A stretch of DNA of 64,000 nt from Azolla caroliniana. Taxonomy: Eukaryota; Plantae; Polypodiophyta. Numbering within the stretch: the stretch's first letter is position 1; every line of letters begins with the position of its first letter. Under the pieces are notes generated by a model, which was not told the origin of the DNA, did not search any database, and saw only the letters and a list, made by a program, of their open reading frames with translations. Shown here piece by piece: positions 52,101 through 64,000 of the stretch. A program made the position numbers and the translations under genes. The DNA lies in contig JBHGNT010000020.1 in the NCBI GenBank assembly GCA_043228905.1, positions 6,696,001 to 6,760,000 on the forward strand, in the 5' to 3' direction.

Positions 52101-54086
52101 GGGACGTTGGTAGATGGTCGAATTGTTGCAGTGAAGAGACTTACGAAAGGCATATCGGAAGAAATCAAGGAACAAGATTTCTTGACAGAACTTGGGATTG
52201 TGGCTCATGTTTGTCATCCTAACACAACTCCTCTGGTGGGGTTTTGTATAGAGGAGGGTTTACATCTTATGTTCGAATTCTCTTCACGTGGAAGCCTTGC
52301 AACTTTGCTATATGGTATATGCTTCAATTATAAGTCAAACTCTGTCGTTTTCTTATCCTTACATTGTGGGAAAGAGATTTTATAAATCCTTTTTTAGAAG
52401 TGGTAGTTAATTCATATCTCAAAATATGAAGGCATTTTACAATGAAAACGTGATGCCACATGTAATGTCTTTTCTCTACAAGTTGGTGTTACTATTTAAT
52501 GGCCTTGTTTAATACACACTTGATGTTCTTTCAGGTGTTAATACCCCTCCATTAGATTGGTGTTCTAGATACAAAATAGCTGTTGGGATTGCCCGAGGCA
52601 TTCACTATCTTCACACAGGTGGCCCACGCCGGATCATTCATCGAGATATCAAGGCATCCAACATCTTGTTGGGTGTTGACTTTGAGCCACAGGTAACTTT
52701 TTCGTGTTACTCTTAATGAAAAATAGTTGAGTTAGGAATTATGCTAAATATTCTCTACTTAATAATGCCTGAATTTTTATACTTATACGGCATCTTTCAG
52801 ATATCAGATTTTGGGCTTGCCAAATGGCTCCCTTCGCAATCCAGTCAGCTTAGTGTTTTCCCTGTTGAAGGGACTTTTGGGTATGTAGGCCACTATTTAT
52901 ATACTTACTCTTGTGGATCACTTTAAGGACACTCCTCATTTTCCAAAAAGCTCAAATGGATTTGAAACTCCTATGTTTTGTGAACAAATCATTAGATTTG
53001 AAATCCTTATTATAGTGCGTCAAATAAAATCTTTGGATCTGAAACTCTCCCAGTGTTTTTGAAAAAATCTTTGCATTTGGCTTTGAACAAACGCTTTGAT
53101 GGTTGTCTTTTGCAGTTACCTTGCTCCGGAGTATTTCATGTATGGTATCATACATGAAAAAACCGATGTCTTTGCATATGGTGTACTTCTTCTTGAACTT
53201 ATTACTGGTCGTCAACCCATTGACAACTCTAAACAAAGCCTTGTTATCTGGGTAATAATAATAGTAAATCAATCTGAAGATTAACTTCGCTTTCCTTCAA
53301 GTATTTAAATTCACTTTGCTATATGAAAAATGACATGGATGTAATGTGATTTGATGGATTATTTAATAGGCAAAACCTATGCTGGAATCTTCAAAAATGG
53401 AGGACCTTGTGGATCCAAGGTTACATGGGAAGTATGATCAGCAAGAGATGCAATGCGTTATCATAGCAGCAAATCTTTGCATACAATCGTCTCCCATTTG
53501 TAGACCTCAAATGAGCCAGGTAACCATTTTGTCCCTTCATTTCTATATGGGAGATCAACTACTGTCTAGATGCTATTTTTTTTTTAAAGTACTATCATTT
53601 TCAACCCTTGAATTGTGGAAAGTGAATGTGTAAATCCTATGTTTAGGATAAGTGTGTAAAGTAGCAATGGTTTCAAACTAGAAATATGAGATATTTTGAA
53701 GCCCAAGATTTACAAGGGCATGCTAATGTATTTGTATTTTAGTGTTTTGATAAAGGTAAATGTGTGAATAACTAAGCGATGATATGATAGGTTGAATTGG
53801 TCTGACTTATGTAGTAAGGAAATGATTTCTATGTCGTGATTTAGCATGTCATTGTCATATAGTATCTAACATAGAAATGCACTGCGTTCAAAGCGGCCTA
53901 AGAAAAGTGTTTTGTGTTACGGTGCTGGTTTTACAGGTACTAGAGTTGCTTACAGATGAACATTTCGGGCCCCATGATATTCCATCGGAATCGAGTATAT
54001 TTGAAGAAGACTTGAGCGAAGAGTACAGTTCAAGCAACTACCTTAGCGATCTTTGCCGGCACCGAGAGATTGCTCTTCAATTTTAG
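49139..54086 (+). CDS. Receptor-like cytoplasmic kinase, RLCK VI_A (ROP-binding kinase family, At5g57670-like) with N-terminal USP-like domain. Exons 49139-49433, 49855-50098, 50556-50689, 50972-51604, 52060-52314, 52535-52692, 52801-52880, 53116-53251, 53370-53519, 53937-54086; 744 aa
   Basis: ILVGI...LLSWAI...PGDVVVA; [14 protein letters not shown]; GKGGHAEVY; VAVKRL; HRDIKASN; DFGLAKWLP; [15 protein letters not shown]. All junctions are GT-AG and in frame (2235 nt). Confidence 0.92.
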
Positions 54087-55329
54087 GGGGCATGTTCTCA
54101 TGGTGCATTTTATATCATATTATCTCCTTGATGAAGTTGACTCGTGTTTTCGCTATATGAAAACAAAGGGTATAATCATAAATAAGACATTGCATGCTTC
54201 CTTTATATGGATGAAGACAGGCCAGGCTGGTAATGGCAGGCCTCTTGCAATTGCGAGAATCTGTACATTAGAATTTTGAATACGTTGTATTTGTATACCA
54301 GTTCATGTCATTCCCAGAAGGCATTGTAAACAAACTACTGTTAACACGAGCTTGGGATCATGGGATGAACGAGAGTGATGATTTATTTGAGAGGCTATAT
54401 TCATGTCAACCGCAGCTTGTGGAGAATGAGAAGCAAGTTTATACCATTGTTCCCTGTTATCAGAATTGTGCAATATAATGTATTGTAAAAAATATGAATA
54501 AGGTATTTATAAAAGACTCAGCCATTCTTGAGACACACCAAGTCTTTAATTGGTCTTAGCTTTTGACAAAACTATAAGGTCAGTATTGAAGGACAGTTTT
54601 TTGTGTGTGCAAGTATTGCAATTGATAGCTATACAAACCCTTAAATGTAATGAATGCAGTTTCCGGACTGCTCGTTTGCACTTGAATTTTATGTCAAATG
54701 TGTAAGGGAATTATCTGTCTTCTCATTGACAATGTGTCCCACTCAAACTGTCATTTGTGGTGTTGATTGCCCTTTATCTTAATTACATGATTTCACCCTG
54801 CTCAGTAAATCTAAGTTATTTGTTCACATAGTAATAATGATGCATTGAAATCATTAAAGATGCATGTCTTCTGTTGTGTGAGTGAGCTCATTTCTTTTTG
54901 TAATGAGAAACTGACTGCTCTTTTGTGTCAGAAGTCATAAACCCAAAAATGTAATGTGAAACACTTCATTAGATTGTAATTGTGAAATGGTAGGGTCGTA
55001 CCAAATTGCGGACTTATGGATTTTTGTGTGAACAAAGTTTGTTTGCATTGTTGAAAGCGCAGCCCCCACAACCACGCCAACTATACCCCCATGACCTCTC
55101 TATTGCTCCCATGATGTTGCTTGAATTAGTAAGAAAATCAAACTCCCATTTGTGTCAATTGAATCACTTTAGCATTACGGTGCTGAATTCAACCTGCAAG
55201 TGAGGTGCTAGACCTTGTTTAGATTATGACCAGAGGCTACGAATTTTGGAGTTAGTGGAAAATATTTTGATGATGATTTCAAGGCAACTTGGTGTTAGTT
55301 TAGGAACTTTCGTCATCACCAATGTTTGA

Positions 55330-56140
55330 GTACTGTGAGTTTGTATTGGGAAGGAGGGGCAATCGATCGAAATGATCCCAAATTGTTGGCTTCTTTGGGA
55401 AGGATCTATGCTATAGTCAATGAGTGTGATCCTAGTTGTATTTACAATATGGACGAAACAAGTTTGTCTTTTCCATTAATTCCATGATATACAATGCTTT
55501 TGCCCAGTGAAGGTCCTATTACAATTTGAGGTAAGAAAAAAATGGTAGGTTGAGTTACCTTAGTTGTTTGTTGTAATGCCACTGGAATTGAAAAAGTTCC
55601 TAATACAATGATTGGAAAGGCTAAGGAACCTCGTATTGTTGGAAGGTGATTGTCCATTACCTTATTATGCACATAGAAATGCTTGGATTGACATCCCTAG
55701 CTTTAATAAGTGCTATGATCAAATGTTTATACCCTTTTATTTATTCTTGAACTAATTGTAGAGTGCATCAGATAAAAACAATTTAGATTTTCAGTTTGTT
55801 GAGATCCAAGATATGCATGGATGATTAAAAGATGTGGTTATTCTTGAGCTATTGCGACATATTGTTGACAATGAACTCGTGCATTGGAAAGTCGGCAATG
55901 GGTACATTTGTTAGATACAACCAATCTCACTATTATTGCTTGGAATGAGATTAAGCAATAGACACTTTTTCATTGTTACAAACAATGGACATTATTCCAT
56001 AATTTCGTATTATTAATGTTGAACTCTTGAAATGGAAGATCAATGCATTGATGATCTTGTTGCGTTATTGAATATGCAATTTACTTGGAAATGCACATAA
56101 TGTAGAAGATGTTAGGAATTTGTCCCCCCATTGGGAGCAA
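55330..56140 (+). pseudogene. Pogo/Tigger-type (Tc1/mariner superfamily, DDE_1) transposase remnant
   Basis: IYNMDETSL, VTLVVCCNATGIEKVP..IGKAKEP, with several stops. Confidence 0.7.
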
Positions 56141-56141
56141 T

Positions 56142-57101
56142 TGATAGTCGAAGTCAGCACTCGAATGGACGAGCCGAATACAGGCTGGTCGGTCAAATCG
56201 ACCAGCGAGTCGACAGAGGTGTCGACTGGTTCTTGGAGGAGATAGAGAGTCAACTATTACAAGTTAAGGTGACACGGTGCCGAATCCTCAATCCGTCGGG
56301 GTTTGTCTCAAGGGAATCGTGGTTAGGGAATGAGTGTTTTTGTCGTGGCCGTAACTCGGGTGAACCGTCTGGAACTGTAATGTTTATCTGGATCATGGAG
56401 ACTGTGGAGGTTACATTGACGACTACAACCGACTCGTACGTAGTTAGCCTAAATAGATTACATGGCTCAACACAGATACACTCGACACAGAGATTCAGAC
56501 AAACAAAAACTATATTGAAGAGATTGTATACAAGAGATTGAAGAGATTGTCAATTGGCTTAGGTTTGACCTCTTGTGTTTGTTCAATTTGTGGGCCTTCC
56601 TCCTCGTGCTTGGTCAGGGGCTCCTCGGGCGGTGTAACTTGTGTTGGGGCTTCGACGACTGTTTCTTTTGTCACGGCCTCGGCGGGTTCCGGATGCGTCT
56701 CTGAGGGTGGGTTTGACATCGTGGTGACCTCCGGGTGACCTCCGGGACTTCGTCTTTCGGTCGCTTGTGGTCTTCTGTTGTGTGCTCACCGAAATCGTTG
56801 TCACGGAGTATGATGGTTGCCAACCTTTCCCTTCCTCAACCTACTTTCGTTCGTTCTCGTACGCTTGGAATTAGAGTGAGTTCTCGATCTGGCTGTCGCC
56901 GAACTCGTTTAACAGCTACGCGATCTCCTCGGAGTGGTGGTCGGCTAGGGCTTGATAAACTTGCGTAAGGTCCTCGCAGACCGTAGTAATGCTTTCTTCA
57001 TTAAGTTTGTAGAAGCCCTTACTGTCTTTTTGCTGATTCTCCTAGTCGGCCAGGTAAGTGTGGAGCTCTGCTGCTTGCTTCACCCATACGACCCAACCCC
57101 G
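56142..57101 (-). mobile_element. Terminal part of an unidentified GC-rich retroelement, interrupted by the Copia at 57102
   Basis: Abrupt composition change at TGATAGTCG (56142). Degenerate minus-strand ORF whose stops look like C>T changes. Confidence 0.45.
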
Positions 57102-57805
57102 TGACGGGAACTGCACGCTCTTTATGCGCAACGCTCGGCCACAACCGAGCTTAGAATCATACACAGAAAACGGGAAATAAATGCACGACACAGTGAAGAG
57201 AAGAGTACACAGGATGTTTACGTGGAAAACCCAAACTAGGGAAAAACCACGGCAGCCCATAGGCTGCAAACTATCATTATGTTAGAATGTACAACAGTGA
57301 GCTCACGGAGGCAACGACCTCGTGCTCACGATCTTCGCCATAGGCGGCGGTTTCAACAGAGGCAACGACCTCTTTCTCTCTCTCTCTCTCTCTCTCTGTA
57401 CACGGTTACGTGCTCTCTCTCTTCTTACACCAACAAGAATAACAACAACATCTAAAAGTTTGCCCTAAGTCATATTTATATTAATATGACTTTTCGGCTA
57501 TTTACAAGTATAGCCATGATGGACTCTCAGAAATATATTTACGAATATGTCTCTTCATCTGGTGAGCACTCCTCACCGGGCCTGCACCATCCGGCTCTCC
57601 GTAGCCGAGTACTCCTCATTCGGTTCTCACCGGGTCTGCACCATCCGGCTCTCCGTAGCCGGGTACTCCTCATCCGGTTCTCACCAGGTCTGCACCATCC
57701 GGCTCTCCGTAGCCGGGTACTCGTCATACGGTTTCAGCCTCGGCCGAGTTTGTTCATCAGCACTGTTCTTCTCCCTTCCCATCCGGAGGGACCTGTCTCC
57801 CAACA
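57102..57805 (-). repeat. 3' LTR (704 bp) with three 54-bp tandem repeats at 57576-57730
   Basis: Matches 63602-64000 and the reverse complement of 9775-10569. Confidence 0.93.
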
Positions 57806-57815
57806 AACTCCCCCT

Positions 57816-60800
57816 TCACTCCGGCATGGGGTGTCTTACTAGTCCGATCCTCTTCCGGCATGCATCCAGCTTGTCGGGTATTAGCACTTTGGTCAGCATA
57901 TTTGACCCGTTCTCGGCCGTGTGGATCTTCTTCAGTGCGAACTCCTGGTCATCTACTCTTTCTCGGATCCAGTGATATCTTCGCTGGATGTGCTTCGTCC
58001 GGGAATGGTAGGCCGCATTCTTAGCAAGATGGATGGCACTTTGACTGTCGCAATAGAGCCGGTATTCATCTTGCCGGATACTGAGCTGTCCGATGAAGTC
58101 CTTCATCCATAAGATTTCCTTGCCGGCTTCCACAACCGCCATGTACTCCGCCTTCGTGGTTGACAATGCAACCGTCTTCTGCAGCCTCGACTGTCACGAA
58201 ACAACTCCCCCTGCATATGTCATTACATACCCGGATGTAGAGCGGCTGGTATCCACATCAGCCGACATGTCAGAATCGGTGAAACCGTCAAGTTGAGGTT
58301 TTCCGGAGTCGAATCGGAGACACATATTTGAAATGCCCTTCAAATACCGGAGTATCCATTTGACCGCGTTCCAGTGCTCCTTGCCGGGATTGCTCATAAA
58401 CCGGCTCACCACTCCGACTACGTATCCTATATCCAGTCGGGTACACACCATTACGTACATCAAGCTCCCGACGGCAGAGGCATATGGAATCTTCATCATA
58501 TCCGCCTTCATGCTTTCGTCTTCGGGCTTTGCTTACCGGATAGCTGCAGTTTGCCGGAAGTGTCGATCCGACCGGTTTCGCATCTGACATGTTGAACCGC
58601 TGAAGCACCTTTGTCACGTACTTCTCCTGTGACAGCCATAATTGCTTCATTGACCGGTTCCGAATAATATGCATCCCCAACATTTGTCTTGCCGAACCCG
58701 AGTCTTTCATTGAGAAGGTCCGGTTGAGAGCCTTCTTCAGCATCCGTATTTTGGCTTGGTCCCGTCTGACGATCAACATGTCGTCCACGTACAGAAGGAG
58801 TATCAGGAAGTCGCCTCCTTCAAACTTCTTCACAAACACACAGTGATCGGCCTGCGTCTTGTGGTACCCTTGATCGGCCATGAAGGAGTCGAACTTCCGG
58901 TACCATTGTCGGGGAGCCTGCTTCAGTCCGTCCGGTTGCTGCATGTAGATCTCCTCTTCGAGGTCGCCGTGAAGGAATGCCGTCTTCACGTCCAGCTGTT
59001 CTACCTTGAGGTCCATGCTTGCCGCTATACTCAGCACCGTCTAGATGGAGGTCATCTTTACTACCGGGGCAAATATCTCGTCAAAGTCCACGCCCTTTTT
59101 CTGCTGGAACCCCTTCACCATGATCCTGGCTTTGTATCTCGGGGGGTTGCCGGCATCTCCCGGTTTCAACTTGTACACTCACTTGTTTCGGAGTGCTCGC
59201 TTTCCTTTCAGCAAATCCACCAATTCATACGTATGGTTCTCATGCAGGGAGTCCATCTCATCCTGCATGGAACTTAACCATTTTTGGCTGTGGGCGTCAT
59301 CCTTCACTTCTTCGAAGCTTTCCGGCTCCCCCTCATCGGTCAGCAGAACATGCTTTGCATCTGGAAATCTCCGGGGGGCCCTTCTCTCTCTGAGAGGATA
59401 TCTCTGTCTTCGGGGTTCGGTAACCGGCACCTCCATTTGTTCTTCATCCGAATCCTATTCGGGGTCTTGGCCGGTTCCGGTTTCAACTTCCTCTACTTCT
59501 TCTTCAGCCTATTCGGTATCCTCACCGTAACCAGCTGGTCCCTCGAGTGCCTCAGCCCAAAAATTCTTGGGTAGTTTTGCATGCGCTAGCATACTCCGAA
59601 CCCTTTCCATTATGGTCCGGTTCATCCTCTCGGCCAGTCCGTTTAGTTCTGGCGTCTTCGACACGGTAAATTCGAGCCGGATTCCCTTCGAGCGGTAGTA
59701 CTCCTCGAACTGCCCCCGGTATTCTCCTCCGTTATCTGCTCGAACCGCCTTCAGCTTCCAGACGGTTTCTCTTTCCACTCTCGTGTGGAGCTCTTTGAAG
59801 ACGGATAGCACCTGATCCTTCGTCTTCAACGGTGTGGCCCACAGCTTCCGGCTGTGGTCATCTATGAATGTCACGAAGTACTGCGCTTCGGCATGTGACT
59901 TCGTGTCTACTTGACACACATCCGTATGCACCAACTCCAGTGGTGCGTTACGTCTCATCGGTGTCCTTGGTCGGAAGGAGGTCCGGTTTTGCTTACCGGC
60001 CAGACAATCAGTGCACTTCTCCAAGTGCACGTTCTTCAGTGGAATGAGGTTGTCGTCTACAAGCCTCTTCATCCCCTTCTCGCTCATATGATGTGCACAG
60101 CCTCTTGTGCCACAGCTCACCGGCAGTGTCAGATGCCACGTTTACTTCTTCCGGACATAACCGGGCATTCATCAGGTACGTGTTGACCTTCCGGGCCCGA
60201 GCCACAATCAGGCTCCCTTTGCTGAACTTCATGACACCGTTCTGGATGCTACCCGTGTAGCCTTCATCATCTAGCCGACCGGCTGATATCAGGTTCAGAC
60301 GAACCTCCGGAACGTGTCGGACATCCTTCAGCAGCAACTTGCATCCGGTTGGTGTTGACAGCCACACGTCTCCTATGCCGAAAATTGGGCATGTACCTTC
60401 ATTCCCCATCCGAACACAGCCGTGATCACCGGCTGCGTAGAATGAGAAGCATTTCCGGTCCAGGGTAAGGTGGAACGACGCTCCGGAGTCTACCACCCAG
60501 GTCATCTCGTCGCCGGCAAGGTTTATCTCACTCTCCTCGGTGATGAGCATAAACTCTTCTTCACTTGCTGCGATTGCCGTCGTTCCCTTCCGGTCCGGCC
60601 CCCTCCGGTCTTTACCGTTCCGGTCCGGGGTCCGCTTCGAATCGGTACCGTCGGTTTCCTTGTCTTTTCGGAAATGCCGACAGTTCTTTTGGAAGTGTCC
60701 CAGCTTGCCACAATAGAAGCAAGTAGGCCTTCCCCTTGACTTTGACCGTATCCCCGACTTCACCGGCTGCGTAGAATGAGAAGCATTTCCGGTCCAGGGT

Positions 60801-63572
60801 AAGGTGGAACGACGCTCCGGAGTCTACCACCCAGGTCATCTCGTCGCCGGCAAGGTTTATCTCACTCTCCTCGGTGATGAGCATAAACTCTTCTTCACTT
60901 GCCGCGATTGCCGTCGTTCCCTTCCGGTCCGGGGTCCGCTTCGAATCGGTACCGTCGGTTTCCTTGTCTTTTCGGAAATGCCGACAGTTCTTTTGGAAGT
61001 GTCCCAGCTTGCCACAATAGAAGCAAGTAGGCCTTCCCCTTGACTTTGACCGTATCCCCGACTTCACCGGCTGCGTAGAATGAGAAGCATTTCCGGTCCA
61101 GGGTAAGGTGGAACGACGCTCCGGAGTCTACCACCCAGGTCATCTCGTCGCCGGCAAGGTTTATCTCACTCTCCTCGGTGATGAGCATAAACTCTTCTTC
61201 ACTTGCCGCGATTGCCGTCGTTCCCTTCCGGTCCGGGGTCCGCTTCGAATCGGTACCGTCGGTTTCCTTGTCTTTTCGGAAATGCCGACAGTTCTTTTGG
61301 AAGTGTCCCAGCTTGCCACAATAGAAGCAAGTAGGCCTTCCCCTTGACTTTGACCGTATCCCCGACTTCACCGGCTGCGTAGAATGAGAAGCATTTCCGG
61401 TCCAGGGTAAGGTGGAACGACGCTCCGGAGTCTACCACCCAGGTCATCTCGTCGCCGGCAAGGTTTATCTCACTCTCCTCGGTGATGAGCATAAACTCTT
61501 CTTCACTTGCCGCGATTGCCGTCGTTCCCTTCCGGTCCGGGGTCCGCTTCGAATCGGTACCGTCGGTTTCCTTGTCTTTTCGGAAATGCCGACAGTTCTT
61601 TTGGAAGTGTCCCAGCTTGCCACAATAGAAGCAAGTAGGCCTTCCCCTTGACTTTGACCGTATCCCCGACTTCACCGGCTGCGTAGAATGAGAAGCATTT
61701 CCGGTCCAGGGTAAGGTGGAACGACGCTCCGGAGTCTACCACCCAGGTCATCTCGTCGCCGGCAAGGTTTATCTCACTCTCCTCGGTGATGAGCATAAAC
61801 TCTTCTTCACTTGCCGCGATTGCCGTCGTTCCCTTCCGGTCCGGGGTCCGCTTCGAATCGGTACCGTCGGTTTCCTTGTCTTTTCGGAAATGCCGACAGT
61901 TCTTTTGGAAGTGTCCCAGCTTGCCACAATAGAAGCAAGTAGGCCTTCCCCTTGACTTTGACCGTATCCCCGACTTCACCGGCTGCGTAGAATGAGAAGC
62001 ATTTCCGGTCCAGGGTAAGGTGGAACGACGCTCCGGAGTCTACCACCCAGGTCATCTCGTCGCCGGCAAGGTTTATCTCACTCTCCTCGGTGATGAGCAT
62101 AAACTCTTCTTCACTTGCCGCGATTGCCGTCGTTCCCTTCCGGTCCGGGGTCCGCTTCGAATCGGTACCGTCGGTTTCCTTGTCTTTTCGGAAATGCCGA
62201 CAGTTCTTTTGGAAGTGTCCCAGCTTGCCACAATAGAAGCAAGTAGGCCTTCCCCTTGACTTTGACCGTATCCCCGACTTCACCGGCTGCGTAGAATGAG
62301 AAGCATTTCCGGTCCAGGGTAAGGTGGAACGACGCTCCGGAGTCTACCACCCAGGTCATCTCGTCGCCGGCAAGGTTTATCTCACTCTCCTCGGTGATGA
62401 GCATAAACTCTTCTTCACTTGCCGCGATTGCCGTCGTTCCCTTCCGGTCCGGGGTCCGCTTCGAATCGGTACCGTCGGTTTCCTTGTCTTTTCGGAAATG
62501 CCGACAGTTCTTTTGGAAGTGTCCCAGCTTGCCACAATAGAAGCAAGTAGGCCTTCCCCTTGACTTTGACCGTATCCCCGACTTCACCGGCTGCGTAGAA
62601 TGAGAAGCATTTCCGGTCCAGGGTAAGGTGGAACGACGCTCCGGAGTCTACCACCCAGGTCATCTCGTCGCCGGCAAGGTTTATCTCACTCTCCTCGGTG
62701 ATGAGCATAAACTCTTCTTCACTTGCCGCGATTGCCGTCGTTCCCTTCCAGTCCGGCCCCCTCTGGTCTTTACCGTTCCGGTCCGGGGTCCGCTTCGAAT
62801 CGGTACCGTCAGTTTCCTTGTCTTTTCGGAAATGCCGACAGTTCTTTTGGAAGTGTCCCAGCTTGCCACAATAGAAGCAAGTAGGCCTTCCCCTTGACTT
62901 TGACCGTATCCCCGACTTCTCCTGGTTCTGGGGATTACGGTTTCTATGTCTTCCGCGTTCCGATTCGGTAAGGAGCGCTTTGGAGTTGGAGCTCGTATCT
63001 TTATCTTTCCGACGCGCCTCCTCAGCTAGCAAGCTCGACTTTACTCTTGCTAGGGATAACCGTTTTCCTTCCGGCCCGGCGTTGCCCAAAGTGACAACCA
63101 ACGTCTCCCAGCTATCCGGGAGGGAACCGAGCAAGAGTAGCGCTAGTACCTCATCGGTGAGAGGTACTTCCAATGAAGTTTCCTGGTGGATCAGCCCCTG
63201 GAAGGCATTCATGTGCTCCGCCATGCTGGAGCCATCTTGGTACCAGAGTCTTACCAGCTTCCGGAATACCGAAACCTGATTAACAACATTTTTGTTCTGA
63301 AACATAATGCTGATCTTCTCCCAGAGCTCATGAGCCTTGAACTCTTCATTGAAGTTGTTGTATAGGCTCTTGTCGATGAAGCACCGTATGTATGCCTTTG
63401 TCTTCATGTGCATCACCTCCCATATCGTGGCATCGATTTTGTTCGGTCTCTTGTCCCCAAATTGAACCGGCAACCAAAGATCTTTAACCACGAGCATATC
63501 CCTCATCTTCAACTTCCACACCGAATAGTTGGAGCCGGTGAGCTTGAACATGCCGCCCAACGATTCGTCCAT
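57816..63572 (-). pseudogene. Copia Gag-Pol, disrupted by a tandem array, deletions and stops
   Basis: MDESLGGMFKL start near 63572, CFYCGKLGHFQKNC, WVVDSGASFH, HTDVC, ADNGGEY. Deletions in integrase (WAEAL/EGPAG) and RT (QQPDG/LKQAP). Confidence 0.9.
60426..62917. repeat. Tandem array in gag-protease: 334 + 6x304 + 334 bp
   Basis: tcaccggctgcgtag unit starts at 60426, 60760, 61064, 61368, 61672, 61976, 62280 and 62584. The ORF track shows identical translations every 304 bp. Confidence 0.97.
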
Positions 63573-63587
63573 TTTTTGTGTCGTTTC

Positions 63588-63599
63588 GCTCTGATACCA
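63588..63599 (-). promoter_or_regulatory. PBS (tRNA-iMet)
   Basis: TGGTATCAGAGC on minus, 2 nt from the LTR end. Confidence 0.92.
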
Positions 63600-63601
63600 C
63601 T

Positions 63602-63869
63602 TGACGGGAACTGCACGCTCTTTATGCGCAACGCTCGGCCACAACTGAGCTTAGAATCATACACAGAAAATGGGAAATAAATGCACGACACAGTGAAGAG
63701 AAGAGTACACAGGATGTTTACGTGGAAAACCCAAACTAGGGAAAAACCACGGCAGCCCACAGGCTGCAAACTATCACTATGTTAGAATGTACAATAGTGA
63801 GCTCACGGAGGCAACGACCTCGTGCTCACGATCTTCGCCACAGGCGGCGGTTTCAACAGAGGCAACGAC

Positions 63870-63901
<32 letters not shown>

Positions 63902-64000
63902 ATACACGGTTACGCGCTCTCTCTCTTCTTACACCAACAAGAATAACAACAACATCCAAAAGTTTGCCCTAAGTCATATTTATATTAATATGACTTTTCG
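63602..64000 (-). repeat. 5' LTR (partial)
   Basis: Direct repeat of 57102-57500 with about 9 substitutions by eye. Confidence 0.93.

Larger units (their letters stand above)
57102..64000 (-). mobile_element. Ty1/Copia LTR retrotransposon, Tork/Tnt1-like; 5' LTR runs off the window
   Basis: 3' LTR 57102-57805, PPT 57806-57816, gag-PR-INT-RT-RH, PBS 63588-63599, 5' LTR from 63602. LDVKTAFLHGDLEEEIYM, YVDD, PYASAVGSLMY, HSRTKHI. Confidence 0.95.

Noticed and set aside
60426-62917. CRISPR-like array or tandem multigene cluster of 158-aa proteins
   Set aside because: There are no unique spacers. The units are duplicated Copia gag-protease sequence, and the ORFs are by-products starting at a junction GTG.

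Overview
Plant nuclear DNA: spliceosomal GT-AG genes, and TEs whose in-frame stops are mostly CAG>TAG or CGA>TGA changes. A non-seed land plant is my inference from the element types, not shown directly. Positions 1-27 kb are a nested transposon island. A Mutator-like scaffold (Ulp1-protease pseudogene and a split MULE transposase) is interrupted by an Athila-like Ty3/Gypsy that carries an extra 3' ORF, a Tork-type Copia solo LTR (TSD TTGTG) and a second Copia (TSD CGTTT). That Copia contains a tRNA-Trp-primed Gypsy with a candidate -1 frameshift site, and another solo LTR sits inside its TSD. Two host genes appear intact: a 4-exon TRICHOME BIREFRINGENCE-LIKE O-acetyltransferase (27615-33558) and a 10-exon RLCK-VI_A kinase with an N-terminal USP-like domain (49139-54086). 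LINE and DNA-transposon remnants lie between them. The window ends in a Tork/Tnt1-like Copia (57102 to beyond 64000, minus strand) whose Gag zinc-knuckle/protease segment is amplified into an 8-copy 304/334-bp tandem array. The most notable observations are this array and its inferred two-step origin, the unannotated 3' ORF of the Athila-like element, the GGAUUUU-UAG slippery site, an in-frame C-terminal extension of a Copia Pol, and CCGG enrichment in three unrelated retroelement lineages. All alignments and counts were done by eye; no databases were searched.
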